Source of the DNA: Enterobacter phage EC152 | Sequence record: PP681140.1 | DNA length: 64,000 nt | Direction: 5' to 3' (one strand) | In this document: positions 9,580 to 18,246 of the stretch, one piece after another | Position numbering within the stretch: the stretch's first letter is position 1 | How the letters are laid out: each line of letters begins with the position of its first letter | Notes under the pieces: generated by a model | What the model was told of the DNA's origin: nothing | Database searches by the model: none | Seen by the model: only the letters and a program-made list of their open reading frames with translations | Program-made: the position numbers and the translations under genes

Positions 9580-9902
9580 TACTTAGCCCCTTCTTGCAGT
9601 TTTTTCAGGATGTTTTCTTTGTTGGCTTCCATTACCTTACCAACAGCTTCTTCAACAACCTTCTCAAGGATCGCGGTGCGATCAGCGAAGCGTTGCTGGA
9701 ATGCGATCATTTCTTCAGCTTCTTCTGCGGTGAAAATACCGAGATACGCTTCAGTGATCAGGCGGTTAATGAAATCGGCATCAAGGCCCATATCTGCTGC
9801 GGTGATACCGTAAGCGTCCAGACCCATTACCTGTGGGACTTTATCCACACGGCGCTGTAACTCATTGGTCAGGATGTCGAAAGATTCTTGTTTTAAAGTC
9901 AT
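9579..9902 (-). CDS. hypothetical protein
   Basis: 107-aa ORF. Confidence 0.45.
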   Translation of the reverse strand: MTLKQESFDILTNELQRRVDKVPQVMGLDAYGITAADMGLDADFINRLITEAYLGIFTAEEAEEMIAFQQRFADRTAILEKVVEEAVGKVMEANKENILKKLQEGAK

Positions 9903-10093
9903 TTGCCTCTCCTTTTGATTCGGTATGGTGTTTCAGGATTCATGTTTGCCTTGAACACCAAATATCGTGTCAGGATGTCCTGACACATGTCACTTGTGGC
10001 TTTGAAGGATATGAGGAAAGTTCCATCCTCAGTGAACACTTCCACCCAATCCCCGTAGTGGACAACAAAGTCTCCTGTGGGGCATCTCTTCAT
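9899..10093 (-). CDS. hypothetical small protein
   Basis: 64-aa ORF in a gene overlap. Confidence 0.35.
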   Translation of the reverse strand: MKRCPTGDFVVHYGDWVEVFTEDGTFLISFKATSDMCQDILTRYLVFKANMNPETPYRIKRRGK

Positions 10094-10695
10094 TACGCAA
10101 TATCCAGAACGAACTTACGGATGTCATCCCAGTTGTCGGTCTCAAGGTCAATCGAGACACGAATCTCCTCGGACTGATCGTATGGTGTCTTGAACTTAAT
10201 CTTGATCACCTCTGGGCCGAACTGGTTCAGAAACTCATTACGGTCATCAATGATGACATCGAGTTTGATACCAGCCTTGTTCTTCGTTGCATAGAACCCG
10301 TGGCCCGAGCCTGGCTCAATACTGAAAAACTCTTCAGTCTCACGTTTCAGGAAACGTACCTTAGACGAGAAGTGGCCTTTTTTGCAGTAAGATACAAACT
10401 GGTTGAAGTGTCCTGCTTCAGCCCATGCTGCCACTGCTTCAACTGCACCCGGTAGGGGTTTCAGTTTATCATACAGATATGGGTCTTCCCAAAAATCGTG
10501 TGGTGGAACCTGATTTACCTTTGCAGGTGGAAAATACTTGGAAACGTTGTAATACACCTTCCCTTGTGGATTCAGTGGTGGCAGAGTAGGATCTGCCTTC
10601 ACACCGTAAACCTGCTCCATCCAATGAACCCAGGGTGTCCCAGAATCAACAAAGGTCAGGTCAACATCAATACCAATATTCAGCGGTTTACGCAT
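10093..10695 (-). CDS. HAD-superfamily 5'(3')-deoxyribonucleotidase-like
   Basis: HAD motif I IGIDVDLT. The start at 10695 follows GGAGAAGAGA. Confidence 0.55.
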   Translation of the reverse strand: MRKPLNIGIDVDLTFVDSGTPWVHWMEQVYGVKADPTLPPLNPQGKVYYNVSKYFPPAKVNQVPPHDFWEDPYLYDKLKPLPGAVEAVAAWAEAGHFNQFVSYCKKGHFSSKVRFLKRETEEFFSIEPGSGHGFYATKNKAGIKLDVIIDDRNEFLNQFGPEVIKIKFKTPYDQSEEIRVSIDLETDNWDDIRKFVLDIA

Positions 10696-11293
10696 TCTCT
10701 TCTCCGTAGCTAATAGTCCTCGCCCATTCGAGAACCTCTTCAGCACAGTCTATCATGCCGCCCTCTTTGTTGTCAAAGTCACGCTCATGCCCTCTGATAC
10801 CTTCGAGGTACAACCAGTTACGACTGTCATTACCCCAATCATAACCTTTACGGTGGATACGTGCAAGGAAGAATTCACCACCTGTGGAATAAGCGTAATC
10901 AGAAAGCTCCTTGATCTCTTCAGCAAAACCACCATCGGAGAATACAATTACCTCATCGTTGGCATAATTCTGCTTCAGCTTCTCAACAGCAGCCTTACCA
11001 AAAGCAGATTTACCGAACAGAGGCTTAATTACCTTCTCTGAGCAATGGATCATCCACTCGCGAGGTGAAACAAAGAAACCATCGATCATCAGATATGGTG
11101 TTGGCTTCTCTTTGTAACGCCGGGTATACAGAGAATCCCACAATTCGCGAGAGATGCCAGCACTACGTACAGCAACCTCAAACAGAAGCTCTTTGACCTC
11201 TTCGTGGTTGATGTTTGGATTTCCCTTGCACAGATAGGCAGAGATTTCATCTTTACCGCTCTGTGGTGGGGCATTAAGGACTATAATATCCAA
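10688..11293 (-). CDS. deoxynucleoside monophosphate kinase-like P-loop protein
   Basis: P-loop LNAPPQSGKDE in a T4 gp1-like arrangement. Confidence 0.55.
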   Translation of the reverse strand: MDIIVLNAPPQSGKDEISAYLCKGNPNINHEEVKELLFEVAVRSAGISRELWDSLYTRRYKEKPTPYLMIDGFFVSPREWMIHCSEKVIKPLFGKSAFGKAAVEKLKQNYANDEVIVFSDGGFAEEIKELSDYAYSTGGEFFLARIHRKGYDWGNDSRNWLYLEGIRGHERDFDNKEGGMIDCAEEVLEWARTISYGEENA

Positions 11294-11307
11294 TCTTCTC
11301 TCCTTTA

Positions 11308-11326
11308 CAAAAGGGCCGAAGCCCTT
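11308..11326 (-). terminator. GGGCTTCGGCCC hairpin plus T-tract
   Basis: Reverse strand reads GGGCTTCGGCCCTTTTG immediately after the stop of gene 11325..12299. Confidence 0.5.
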
Positions 11327-12299
11327 AAATGATATTCACAAGCGTGTTAGCCATTTCTTCCTTGGTACGGATATTACGGCGGTCACGCATCACCGAACCA
11401 CAGCACTCACAACGGTATGCCTGGAACTTAGAAAGGTATGTAGTACCGACCTTACCCGGCATTTCCACAACCTGATCAGAGTTACAACGAACACAGCGTA
11501 GAACCTGATTGTCGTCTTCCTCATTGAACAGGGTCACGTTAGGGTGTTTCTTCATGAAAGGTCTTACTTTCAAGTAGATACCTTCAAGTGTTGGAATATC
11601 ACCGATGTTATAGAATTCCATTTCCTCAAACGCTTCAATCTCCCCGTGGAAACAGCGAATCCACAATGTAATCCCCTCGTGGTGGCGCTTACGTGCGTCC
11701 AGTTGGAAGTAATTACATGCGGCCTCCAGAGCATTAGAAGGCAAGGAGAATGCCGACTTCAGTTCTGCAAGCGTATCGATCACAATGTACGGAGATGGCG
11801 GTTTCATTCCGTGGAATGCGAAACGCTGGTTAGCCCAACCCTTATCGAAACGAGCATTGTGTGCAATGAAGATGTCACACTCATCCAGGATATGCCACAG
11901 TTCTTCAACCAGTTCTCGGTCGTCATGGATATCTGTTTTGAAAGTCTCGTAGTCTGGGAGTTTGCGACTGATGATCGCCGGGTTATCCAACCACTTACCC
12001 GCCCATGTCAGCATGTATGGCTCGTGCTCAACGTGGGAAGGTGTTACAAATGCCTTGAATCGGTTAAAGACCCAAGCCAAGGTCGCAGAGACCTCTACGT
12101 CACCCAAGAAGATCTTTGCTCCCGGATTACGTGCAACAGTCTCAGTAATTACCTGAGCAGCCTGCTTATCGTATTCGTGGGCCTTCAGGATCAGACGGAT
12201 GTGTGATTCCTTACTCTCTTTCCCAAGATAACGACGAGCAATTTCACGGTTACTCAGACCTTTCGCTTTTAAATCAAGGATTTCTTCTGCACTCAGCAT
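11325..12299 (-). CDS. HTH + DnaQ/DEDDh-like 3'-5' exonuclease + C-terminal zinc ribbon protein
   Basis: N-terminal LSNREIARRY helix-turn-helix. FIAHNARFDKGW matches the HNAxFD motif. C-terminal CVRCNS...CECCGS. Confidence 0.55.
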   Translation of the reverse strand: MLSAEEILDLKAKGLSNREIARRYLGKESKESHIRLILKAHEYDKQAAQVITETVARNPGAKIFLGDVEVSATLAWVFNRFKAFVTPSHVEHEPYMLTWAGKWLDNPAIISRKLPDYETFKTDIHDDRELVEELWHILDECDIFIAHNARFDKGWANQRFAFHGMKPPSPYIVIDTLAELKSAFSLPSNALEAACNYFQLDARKRHHEGITLWIRCFHGEIEAFEEMEFYNIGDIPTLEGIYLKVRPFMKKHPNVTLFNEEDDNQVLRCVRCNSDQVVEMPGKVGTTYLSKFQAYRCECCGSVMRDRRNIRTKEEMANTLVNII

Positions 12300-12511
12300 T
12301 ACACCTCTCGGATAAATTCAACAATATCATTCACAGCAAAGTCTCTCACGGCATCTTTCTCGACATCATATGCCTTGATCATCCATTGAGGCTCTTTGTG
12401 AAACTCAGTGGACCCATACCACATCACCGGGTCCATAACGGTTCTATAACCGTGCTCACCTCTCCAGTTCTTGTAGTAGAACTTCAAGGGTTTACTCAAA
12501 TTATTCAGCAA
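12299..12511 (-). CDS. hypothetical protein (start uncertain, possibly TTG)
   Basis: Conserved-looking segment KFYYKNWRGEHGYRT...WYGSTEFH. The track ORF overlaps the upstream EndoVII gene. A TTG at 12511 follows GGAGGA. Confidence 0.3.
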   Translation of the reverse strand: MLNNLSKPLKFYYKNWRGEHGYRTVMDPVMWYGSTEFHKEPQWMIKAYDVEKDAVRDFAVNDIVEFIREV

Positions 12512-12986
12512 ATCTTTCCTCCGTCTGTCTGACAAACTCCGTAAGGTAAAGTGTGATGCTTTCGTGTTTCTGAGTCCCTTTCGGGATGATGAGGCCGAGA
12601 TCCGACTCAGCCCTTTCAATGATCTTCTCATTGGTGCATCTTCTCAGGAACTTCAGCATGTCGTCCTTATACCCTGCGTGAATAGGATACCCACTGAAAT
12701 CCTGTTCCAAGTAGTCAGCAAGATTTCTAAGCGCTGTGGACAAAGGGGTGTCTGTGTAAGCAGAGACGTACTTCATCCAAGCCTTCAGGACATATCCTTC
12801 AAACGTATTCACACACTGGCTCAGAACTCCTCGACACTTTCCATCGAAGTGATCATGATCGAGACAAGGTTTGCGAAGTGGCTCACCGAGTACAGGATCA
12901 AGACCGCCTTGTTCCAGAATTAATTTCTCCCTGAATGCTGCAATCTGTCTTGCATCCTTAACCCAAAGTTCTGCCGTCAATGGCAC
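12501..12986 (-). CDS. recombination endonuclease VII (T4 gp49-like Holliday junction resolvase)
   Basis: CLDHDHFDGKCRGVLSQCVN matches the EndoVII LDHDH...G.VRG.LC..CN core. Confidence 0.7.
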   Translation of the reverse strand: MPLTAELWVKDARQIAAFREKLILEQGGLDPVLGEPLRKPCLDHDHFDGKCRGVLSQCVNTFEGYVLKAWMKYVSAYTDTPLSTALRNLADYLEQDFSGYPIHAGYKDDMLKFLRRCTNEKIIERAESDLGLIIPKGTQKHESITLYLTEFVRQTEERFAE

Positions 12987-13030
12987 TACGACAGGCTTCT
13001 TCCTTGCCTTGGGTTTGGATACAGGACTTT

Positions 13031-13666
13031 TTACTCTTTTCCTGCGGATAGCCCCTCCAAGAACTTCTTGCCGATTAAATACGCATCAGCGTAGTCAGCC
13101 TTTCCTGCTGCAAGAGTAACACCGTCTAACCACCCCGGATAGTCGTAATCAACGGCCTTAACCATCATGGCTTTGTCCATCTTAACTTTGGAGCGTGATG
13201 ATACCATTTTATTCTTCTTTTTGTCAAGCTTTTCCTTAGTTACCCACTGCTCTTCCTCTGGAAGGAGGCTACGGGCAAAAGACTTAACAGAAGTCGGTGC
13301 AACAGTATGGATGTTAAAGTATTCAATAAAGTGATTACCACAACCATCCAAGCTAAGGGCAATGCAGTAGAACAGACCTGCAAGGTCCCTTGTGGCACTA
13401 CCAATAGACCCAAGACTCAGTGCTTCCATCACATAATCATCTGGAGAATACTCAGTACACAGTTCATTTATCCTTTTACAGATATGCTCGATCTGCTCAT
13501 AAACGGTGTCAAAGTAGTAAACTTCCGGGTTTTGCTTTCCCTTGCTCTTGGTAGAACCAGTCCTGATCATCTCCCGATAAATAGGAGTCCCATCACTCCA
13601 GATAACAACGGCACAATGGGACAAAGACTGATCAACAGACATCAAAACATAAGGGAACTCACTCAT
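13031..13666 (-). CDS. RuvC-fold Holliday junction resolvase-like
   Basis: YVLMSVDQSLSHCAVVIW N-terminal motif, VMEAL, and C-terminal ADYADAYLIG resembling RuvC catalytic residues. The start could be 13666 or 13684. Confidence 0.5.
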   Translation of the reverse strand: MSEFPYVLMSVDQSLSHCAVVIWSDGTPIYREMIRTGSTKSKGKQNPEVYYFDTVYEQIEHICKRINELCTEYSPDDYVMEALSLGSIGSATRDLAGLFYCIALSLDGCGNHFIEYFNIHTVAPTSVKSFARSLLPEEEQWVTKEKLDKKKNKMVSSRSKVKMDKAMMVKAVDYDYPGWLDGVTLAAGKADYADAYLIGKKFLEGLSAGKE

Positions 13667-13964
13667 CTTTCCCGTCCACAGCATTCTCACGGAAAAGGAC
13701 CAAGGAGCACTCAAGGTCACCGTAGGCAACACTCGTCAACAACAGCAACTTCTCACCTTCAACAAGCTCACAATCTTCAAGAAGAAGTACCGTGAAGGCC
13801 TTATCCGGGTCAATAAAGTCATCTGTGAAGACCACGTAGTCACCGTGGTCTGTCTCAAGCATACGCCAAATACCTGTTCCAACTATGAACTTAGGCTTCA
13901 GAGAAGAAACAGCGAGGGCCTTGGAGTCCCTCATTACTGCTTCCATGATCATCCCATCAATCAT
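13659..13964 (-). CDS. hypothetical protein
   Basis: ATGA overlap with the stop of the FEN gene at 13961-13964. The track ORF starts with GTG further upstream. Confidence 0.4.
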   Translation of the reverse strand: MIDGMIMEAVMRDSKALAVSSLKPKFIVGTGIWRMLETDHGDYVVFTDDFIDPDKAFTVLLLEDCELVEGEKLLLLTSVAYGDLECSLVLFRENAVDGKDE

Positions 13965-15094
13965 AAAACCCCCACACGACGCAGTTCTGTTGCCAGAGTT
14001 GTTGGATCGTTGGCTGTGCGCTTCATGTATACCATCTGGAAGATGATCGAAGCCCACTGACCAGCACTCATTTTACGCTGAGTCCCATCCCACGAGGTGA
14101 ATTCAACCCCGTTAGGGAACCAGGTCTTGTACTGGTCAACAATAGCTGTCCACATATCCTTTTCAGTCTGTAAATGACCGATTAGGTTGAATGCGGCGGT
14201 ATCACCAAATCGTCCGGAGATGTCAAAGCACTGATAAGGCTTGATGTTATCTGAACTATCGCCACAGAGCATCTGGTAGCCGAAGAACTTACGTCCCCAA
14301 CCCTTAACCTTATTACCTTCCATCCAAATCTCACCCATAGAGTCATCAATGATCATTGGGATAGGGTGTTTCCATGTTTTCTCTTCACTGTCACGCATAG
14401 TGTCAAAAAGAAGACCAGGTGTTCCCTTTTGGTCCTTATCGAAGGATGCGACCATGTAGTTGAACTTGCCAGTGGCCTGGTAGAACTCCCACCCGGTGTT
14501 CATTAGCACAGACAGGTAATCGTCTGCCTCAACGCCGTCAATCACTTTGGCCTTGTACTTCTTCTTAACATACTCGCGTGTTTCCTGCAACAGCTTAGGA
14601 CGCAGGGTGTCTTCACGGTTGCCCTTATAACGCTCAGGTGCCGGAAGTAACAGACGGAAGTTGTTTTCACCACCAAGAACACCCATTCCGTATTGGTTGT
14701 CCATCTCCAGATGTTCAAAGATCGCATTGATCTTGGTTTTCAGGATGTGCAGGCAGTTTTCAACAGGCTCTGGAGTCTGAATGTCCTCAATCAGGAAGTC
14801 ATCTCTTCCCCAAGGAGTAAATTCACGTCCTTCTGCCTTTGCCTTGATTTCCATATTGGCGTTTTGGTCTTTTAACCAACCGCCTACCACCCTTTTGGTG
14901 GAACCCCAGAATTCTGTTCTGTTTTTGAAGATCTTTTCCCTGCCGGAAGCAATGTGCGTTGCCTTAATTGTACGCTTCTCAGCGCCAGCAGCAGACACAA
15001 AGCAAGTCTGGTCAAGGTCTAAAGCGATCACACAGTCATTCGTGACTTTATTTTTCCAATCTTTATCATACGGATATCCCACTAGCCCTCTCAA
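13961..15094 (-). CDS. 5'-3' exonuclease / flap endonuclease (T4 RNase H / T5 D15 family)
   Basis: GVEADDYLSVL (GxEADD) motif. 377 aa. Confidence 0.8.
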   Translation of the reverse strand: MRGLVGYPYDKDWKNKVTNDCVIALDLDQTCFVSAAGAEKRTIKATHIASGREKIFKNRTEFWGSTKRVVGGWLKDQNANMEIKAKAEGREFTPWGRDDFLIEDIQTPEPVENCLHILKTKINAIFEHLEMDNQYGMGVLGGENNFRLLLPAPERYKGNREDTLRPKLLQETREYVKKKYKAKVIDGVEADDYLSVLMNTGWEFYQATGKFNYMVASFDKDQKGTPGLLFDTMRDSEEKTWKHPIPMIIDDSMGEIWMEGNKVKGWGRKFFGYQMLCGDSSDNIKPYQCFDISGRFGDTAAFNLIGHLQTEKDMWTAIVDQYKTWFPNGVEFTSWDGTQRKMSAGQWASIIFQMVYMKRTANDPTTLATELRRVGVL

Positions 15095-15558
15095 TCGTTA
15101 CTCAAATACTCGTCCAAATACCGGACATCCAGTTCCCATTTCTCTCGCTTACTCCGTTCATGATACAAGGCAAACGCCTCGCTCACGTACTTCTCTGCAA
15201 CCTGTCTGGAGACACCGTTCACCTTCATGAAGTGACGAAGGGCGATTTCTCCTCTTCCACGAATACCAGCAAGGCCGATATGTTTTACTTCATGACATGA
15301 CGGGCAGAGCGCGATAAGACCTTTCAGCGTGATCTTACCATTACCAAAGTCCCAGATTTCGTGACACTCAACAGGGTGTTTGTTCCCTTTACCACCACAA
15401 ATCTCACATCTATAATTGGCTTTGGCATAGCATTTCTTTCTTACGACATCCCATTGGGATTTAGTGAGGTGAGAGCGTAAGTTAGTAAACCAAGCTGTTT
15501 TCGGAACCAGTTCAATCTCTAATTTCAATTCACCTCCACGAAGCTGCGATAACGACAT
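15091..15558 (-). CDS. HNH endonuclease (free-standing, homing-endonuclease-like)
   Basis: CEICGGKG...ECHEIWDF...LCPSCHEVKH. The ORF overlaps both neighbours, and an ATG at 15558 or the GTG at 15582 are both possible starts. Confidence 0.6.
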   Translation of the reverse strand: MSLSQLRGGELKLEIELVPKTAWFTNLRSHLTKSQWDVVRKKCYAKANYRCEICGGKGNKHPVECHEIWDFGNGKITLKGLIALCPSCHEVKHIGLAGIRGRGEIALRHFMKVNGVSRQVAEKYVSEAFALYHERSKREKWELDVRYLDEYLSND

Positions 15559-16036
15559 CAATTGCTCTTTCCCAGCATTCACCGAGAAGGTTTAATCCTT
15601 GCCAGTTGGCAGGATCATCAATGCGTGTATCATATTCATTCATTTTAACTCCCCAGATTGCGTCATATGGGGATGCCTCTACAAAGCGACGACCAGCATC
15701 TCTGTGGGTCAGTGCTGCCTCAAGGATGGATCGATTCGCCTTCATTTTCAGAACAAGACCGTTTGTTACAATGTCCATCCGGTTTTCTTCCCAGACACTA
15801 TTGTCAAAGTCCCTGACTTTACGGCCCAGCGCTTTTGCCTCGTTTGGATTGTTAACCGTGGCAATACGTGCAGCAATCTCTTTATCATCAAAGAGCATTG
15901 CTTTCTGGAACATCATAAAGTGCTCAACCGTGAAGAATTCATAGCCACCACAACGGATAGGAATTACCTGACGGAAGTGGTTGCTGAACATATCACGGTA
16001 AGTGAAGAAGAAAACATGCTGATCAGTTATTCTCAT
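15530..16036 (-). CDS. NADAR (YbiA-like) domain protein
   Basis: YRDMFSNHFRQVIPIRCGGYEFFTVEHFMMFQKAMLFDD matches the DUF1768/NADAR core. The start at 16036 follows AGAGGA. Confidence 0.7.
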   Translation of the reverse strand: MRITDQHVFFFTYRDMFSNHFRQVIPIRCGGYEFFTVEHFMMFQKAMLFDDKEIAARIATVNNPNEAKALGRKVRDFDNSVWEENRMDIVTNGLVLKMKANRSILEAALTHRDAGRRFVEASPYDAIWGVKMNEYDTRIDDPANWQGLNLLGECWERAIDVVIAASWR

Positions 16037-16047
16037 TGGTTTTCCTC

Positions 16048-16242
16048 TTAGTGGAAAGTCTTTTTGGAAGGGCATGAACCAGCACCTTCTTTCACAACTG
16101 ACTCTGTGCGATTACCATCGCTATAGATGCAGACTTTGGAGCTTCCATCAGTGTATTCATCCACCAAAGAAAGTGTGTTGACTGTGGCGAATGCCTGGGA
16201 AGAGAGCAGAACTGCTGCTAAAAGAATTGTTGTGCGGATCAT
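16048..16242 (-). CDS. small secreted protein (signal peptide, 2 Cys)
   Basis: MIRTTILLAAVLLSSQAFA signal peptide. Strong RBS AAGGAGATACAAAATG. Confidence 0.5.
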   Translation of the reverse strand: MIRTTILLAAVLLSSQAFATVNTLSLVDEYTDGSSKVCIYSDGNRTESVVKEGAGSCPSKKTFH

Positions 16243-16305
16243 TTTGTATCTCCTTTGTTAAGTCGAGACCCGATGATAATACACCACCGGGCCTTTTGTC
16301 AACTC

Positions 16306-17196
16306 TTATTTACCTGCTGGCAGGGTAACGAATGGGGTCTGAGAACCGCTGGTCATGTAGACTGGGGTCACACCGTTCCACTTGTTAATCGCTTCCAGTT
16401 GCATAATCTCTGGGTTTTTGCGGAGAGAATCACCACGAAGTTGGATGGATTCTGCTTCACCTTTTGCCAGTGCTACTTTAGCATCGGCTTCACCCTGAGC
16501 TTGCAGTCGCTTAGATTCTGCTTCACCGCGCGCGGCCTCGATTGCCTTCTGAGCTTCAGCTTTTGTTTGCTGGATTTCGTTCTCACGCAGCAGAGCTTTC
16601 TGAGTAGCCTCGATCTTCGCATTGATGGACGCTGTTACCTGTGGTGGGTAGCCGAGGTCATCAGTGTAAGACAGTTTCACGATCACGATACCGATTGGAT
16701 CAAGTTTCGCTTTCAGGGTTTTCGTCACACGGTCCAGAAGCTGAGATTTACCATCACCAGCCAGCGTACCGATATCCATCGTACCCGCTTCCTTGATCAG
16801 TGCATCAGAGATGTTCTGACGAATGTTGACATCGGTGATTTCCTGAACACCTTTACGGTAAGTCTGGAAGATCTTGGTGACCTTAGAACGATCAACGTAG
16901 TATTCAACACCAATCTTCGCAGTAACCGTCATAGAATCTTTGGTCTGGAAGTTGAAAGGTTGTTCGTAGTTGTTCAACTGGTTGAATGTTGGGAACTGAT
17001 AAATCTCTTCGTTCCACGTCAGCCAGTATTTACCAACACCGACTTCCTGTTGCTGGACTCCCTTCTCATCGCCGTACAGGTCAACCTTGACACCAACATA
17101 ACCTGCCGGGACGGTTGCACGTTCACAACCTGTCAGGCCAATTGCACCCAAAGCGATCAGGCCAGCGAAAACTACACGTTTGATATTCTTAAGCAT
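16306..17196 (-). CDS. SPFH/band-7 (prohibitin/HflK-like) lipoprotein
   Basis: LTGC lipobox after a signal peptide, an SPFH-like core and a coiled-coil tail. RBS AAAGAGGAGAACCAATG. Confidence 0.75.
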   Translation of the reverse strand: MLKNIKRVVFAGLIALGAIGLTGCERATVPAGYVGVKVDLYGDEKGVQQQEVGVGKYWLTWNEEIYQFPTFNQLNNYEQPFNFQTKDSMTVTAKIGVEYYVDRSKVTKIFQTYRKGVQEITDVNIRQNISDALIKEAGTMDIGTLAGDGKSQLLDRVTKTLKAKLDPIGIVIVKLSYTDDLGYPPQVTASINAKIEATQKALLRENEIQQTKAEAQKAIEAARGEAESKRLQAQGEADAKVALAKGEAESIQLRGDSLRKNPEIMQLEAINKWNGVTPVYMTSGSQTPFVTLPAGK

Positions 17197-17336
17197 TGGT
17201 TTGGTTCTCCTCTTTGATTTTGTATTCAGTTTTTACAGTTTGGTCAACGTGATCGTCAACAATTTTCGCTACCAAGGCAGCGGCAGACTTATTTCTGGAC
17301 CGGGCCAGATGCTGCAACTTTTCCCAGGTAGATGCT

Positions 17337-17540
17337 TTAAGATTTAGTAGCATCTAAGCCTCCACGTTTAAAGAACACTTTACGTACCCAATACCACACA
17401 ACCGCCGGGGCTGAGAACACCAGGGCGAAACCGCCGATAACGCCCAGTGTATCTTTAGCAGAAACTAAAGTTGGTACTGCGAACCCGAAGATGAAGCAAA
17501 GGAAGACAAATAAGCCAACACCGTTCAGGTAATATTTCAT
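17337..17540 (-). CDS. small two-TM membrane protein (NfeD/YqiJ-like partner of SPFH?)
   Basis: 67 aa with two hydrophobic helices, encoded immediately upstream of the SPFH gene. Confidence 0.5.
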   Translation of the reverse strand: MKYYLNGVGLFVFLCFIFGFAVPTLVSAKDTLGVIGGFALVFSAPAVVWYWVRKVFFKRGGLDATKS

Positions 17541-17899
17541 TATTCGGAACCTTCTTCGCCGTCATCAGCTTCAGTTTGTGCAACATTCGGAGTACCACGA
17601 CCAAACAGGATATCAGCCTCGGTCATCTGCTCAACCTGTTCTTCCAGGTCTTTACGCTTTTTGCCAGCCTGATACTGACGGTCAAACTCTGCTGCTACCA
17701 GCGTTTTGATGAACTTAGGATCGTAGTTGTGGCTGTCCTTCTCTACAGCAACGATATCCTTGAACTGGCTCGCTGCATCTTTCTGGGCGATCTTCGCATC
17801 AACACCTTCCTGAATTACTTTCTTCAGGCGATTACGCTCTGCTGGATCAGAAGGCAGGGGGTTTTTCAGTTCTACTTTGATTTTAGGCATACGTGGCAT
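17540..17899 (-). CDS. hypothetical protein (acidic C-terminus)
   Basis: 119 aa. A promoter lies at 17934-17961. Confidence 0.5.
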   Translation of the reverse strand: MPRMPKIKVELKNPLPSDPAERNRLKKVIQEGVDAKIAQKDAASQFKDIVAVEKDSHNYDPKFIKTLVAAEFDRQYQAGKKRKDLEEQVEQMTEADILFGRGTPNVAQTEADDGEEGSE

Positions 17900-17933
17900 A
17901 GTTTTGTTTCTCCTCTGTTTGTTTAGTCTGTTC

Positions 17934-17961
17934 AGTATAGCTACTTAATTATTTTTGTCAA
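17934..17961 (-). promoter_or_regulatory. sigma70-type promoter TTGACA-N16-TATACT (leftward)
   Basis: Reverse complement reads TTGACAaaaataattaagtagcTATACT. Confidence 0.45.
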
Positions 17962-17967
17962 ACACTT

Positions 17968-18189
17968 TTAATCAATGCCGACAATCTTTCCACCGGAGCG
18001 CTCAATCTGAGCTACATATGCTGCGAGCGTACCCAGAGTACATTCGTAGGCATATTTCTTAGCACCGCCCCAGCGACGTTTCATGGTGAATCTGATCAGG
18101 TATCGTGTGCTTGGTCCACGACTAACAATTCTGATTCCAAGGCGATTAGCGATTTCGATAATCTCAGGATAATCAATAATTTCTTCCAC
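17968..18189 (-). CDS. hypothetical protein
   Basis: 73 aa. Confidence 0.45.
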   Translation of the reverse strand: MEEIIDYPEIIEIANRLGIRIVSRGPSTRYLIRFTMKRRWGGAKKYAYECTLGTLAAYVAQIERSGGKIVGID

Positions 18190-18218
18190 TGCGTTCTCCT
18201 CTTTGTCTTGATGGGGTC

Positions 18219-18246
18219 ATTATACAGACCCCTTATTCATTGTCAA
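18219..18246 (-). promoter_or_regulatory. consensus sigma70 promoter TTGACA-N16-TATAAT (leftward); the -10 is embedded in a GGGGTC...GACCCC inverted repeat
   Basis: Reverse complement reads TTGACAatgaataaggggtctgTATAATgacccc. Confidence 0.5.

Noticed and set aside
8665-9813. 382-aa plus-strand ORF
   Set aside because: It runs antisense to thyX and the neighbouring genes.
11544-12206. 220-aa plus-strand ORF
   Set aside because: It runs antisense to the exonuclease/HTH gene, with no RBS.
16255-17217. 320-aa plus-strand ORF
   Set aside because: It is the antisense frame of the SPFH lipoprotein gene.
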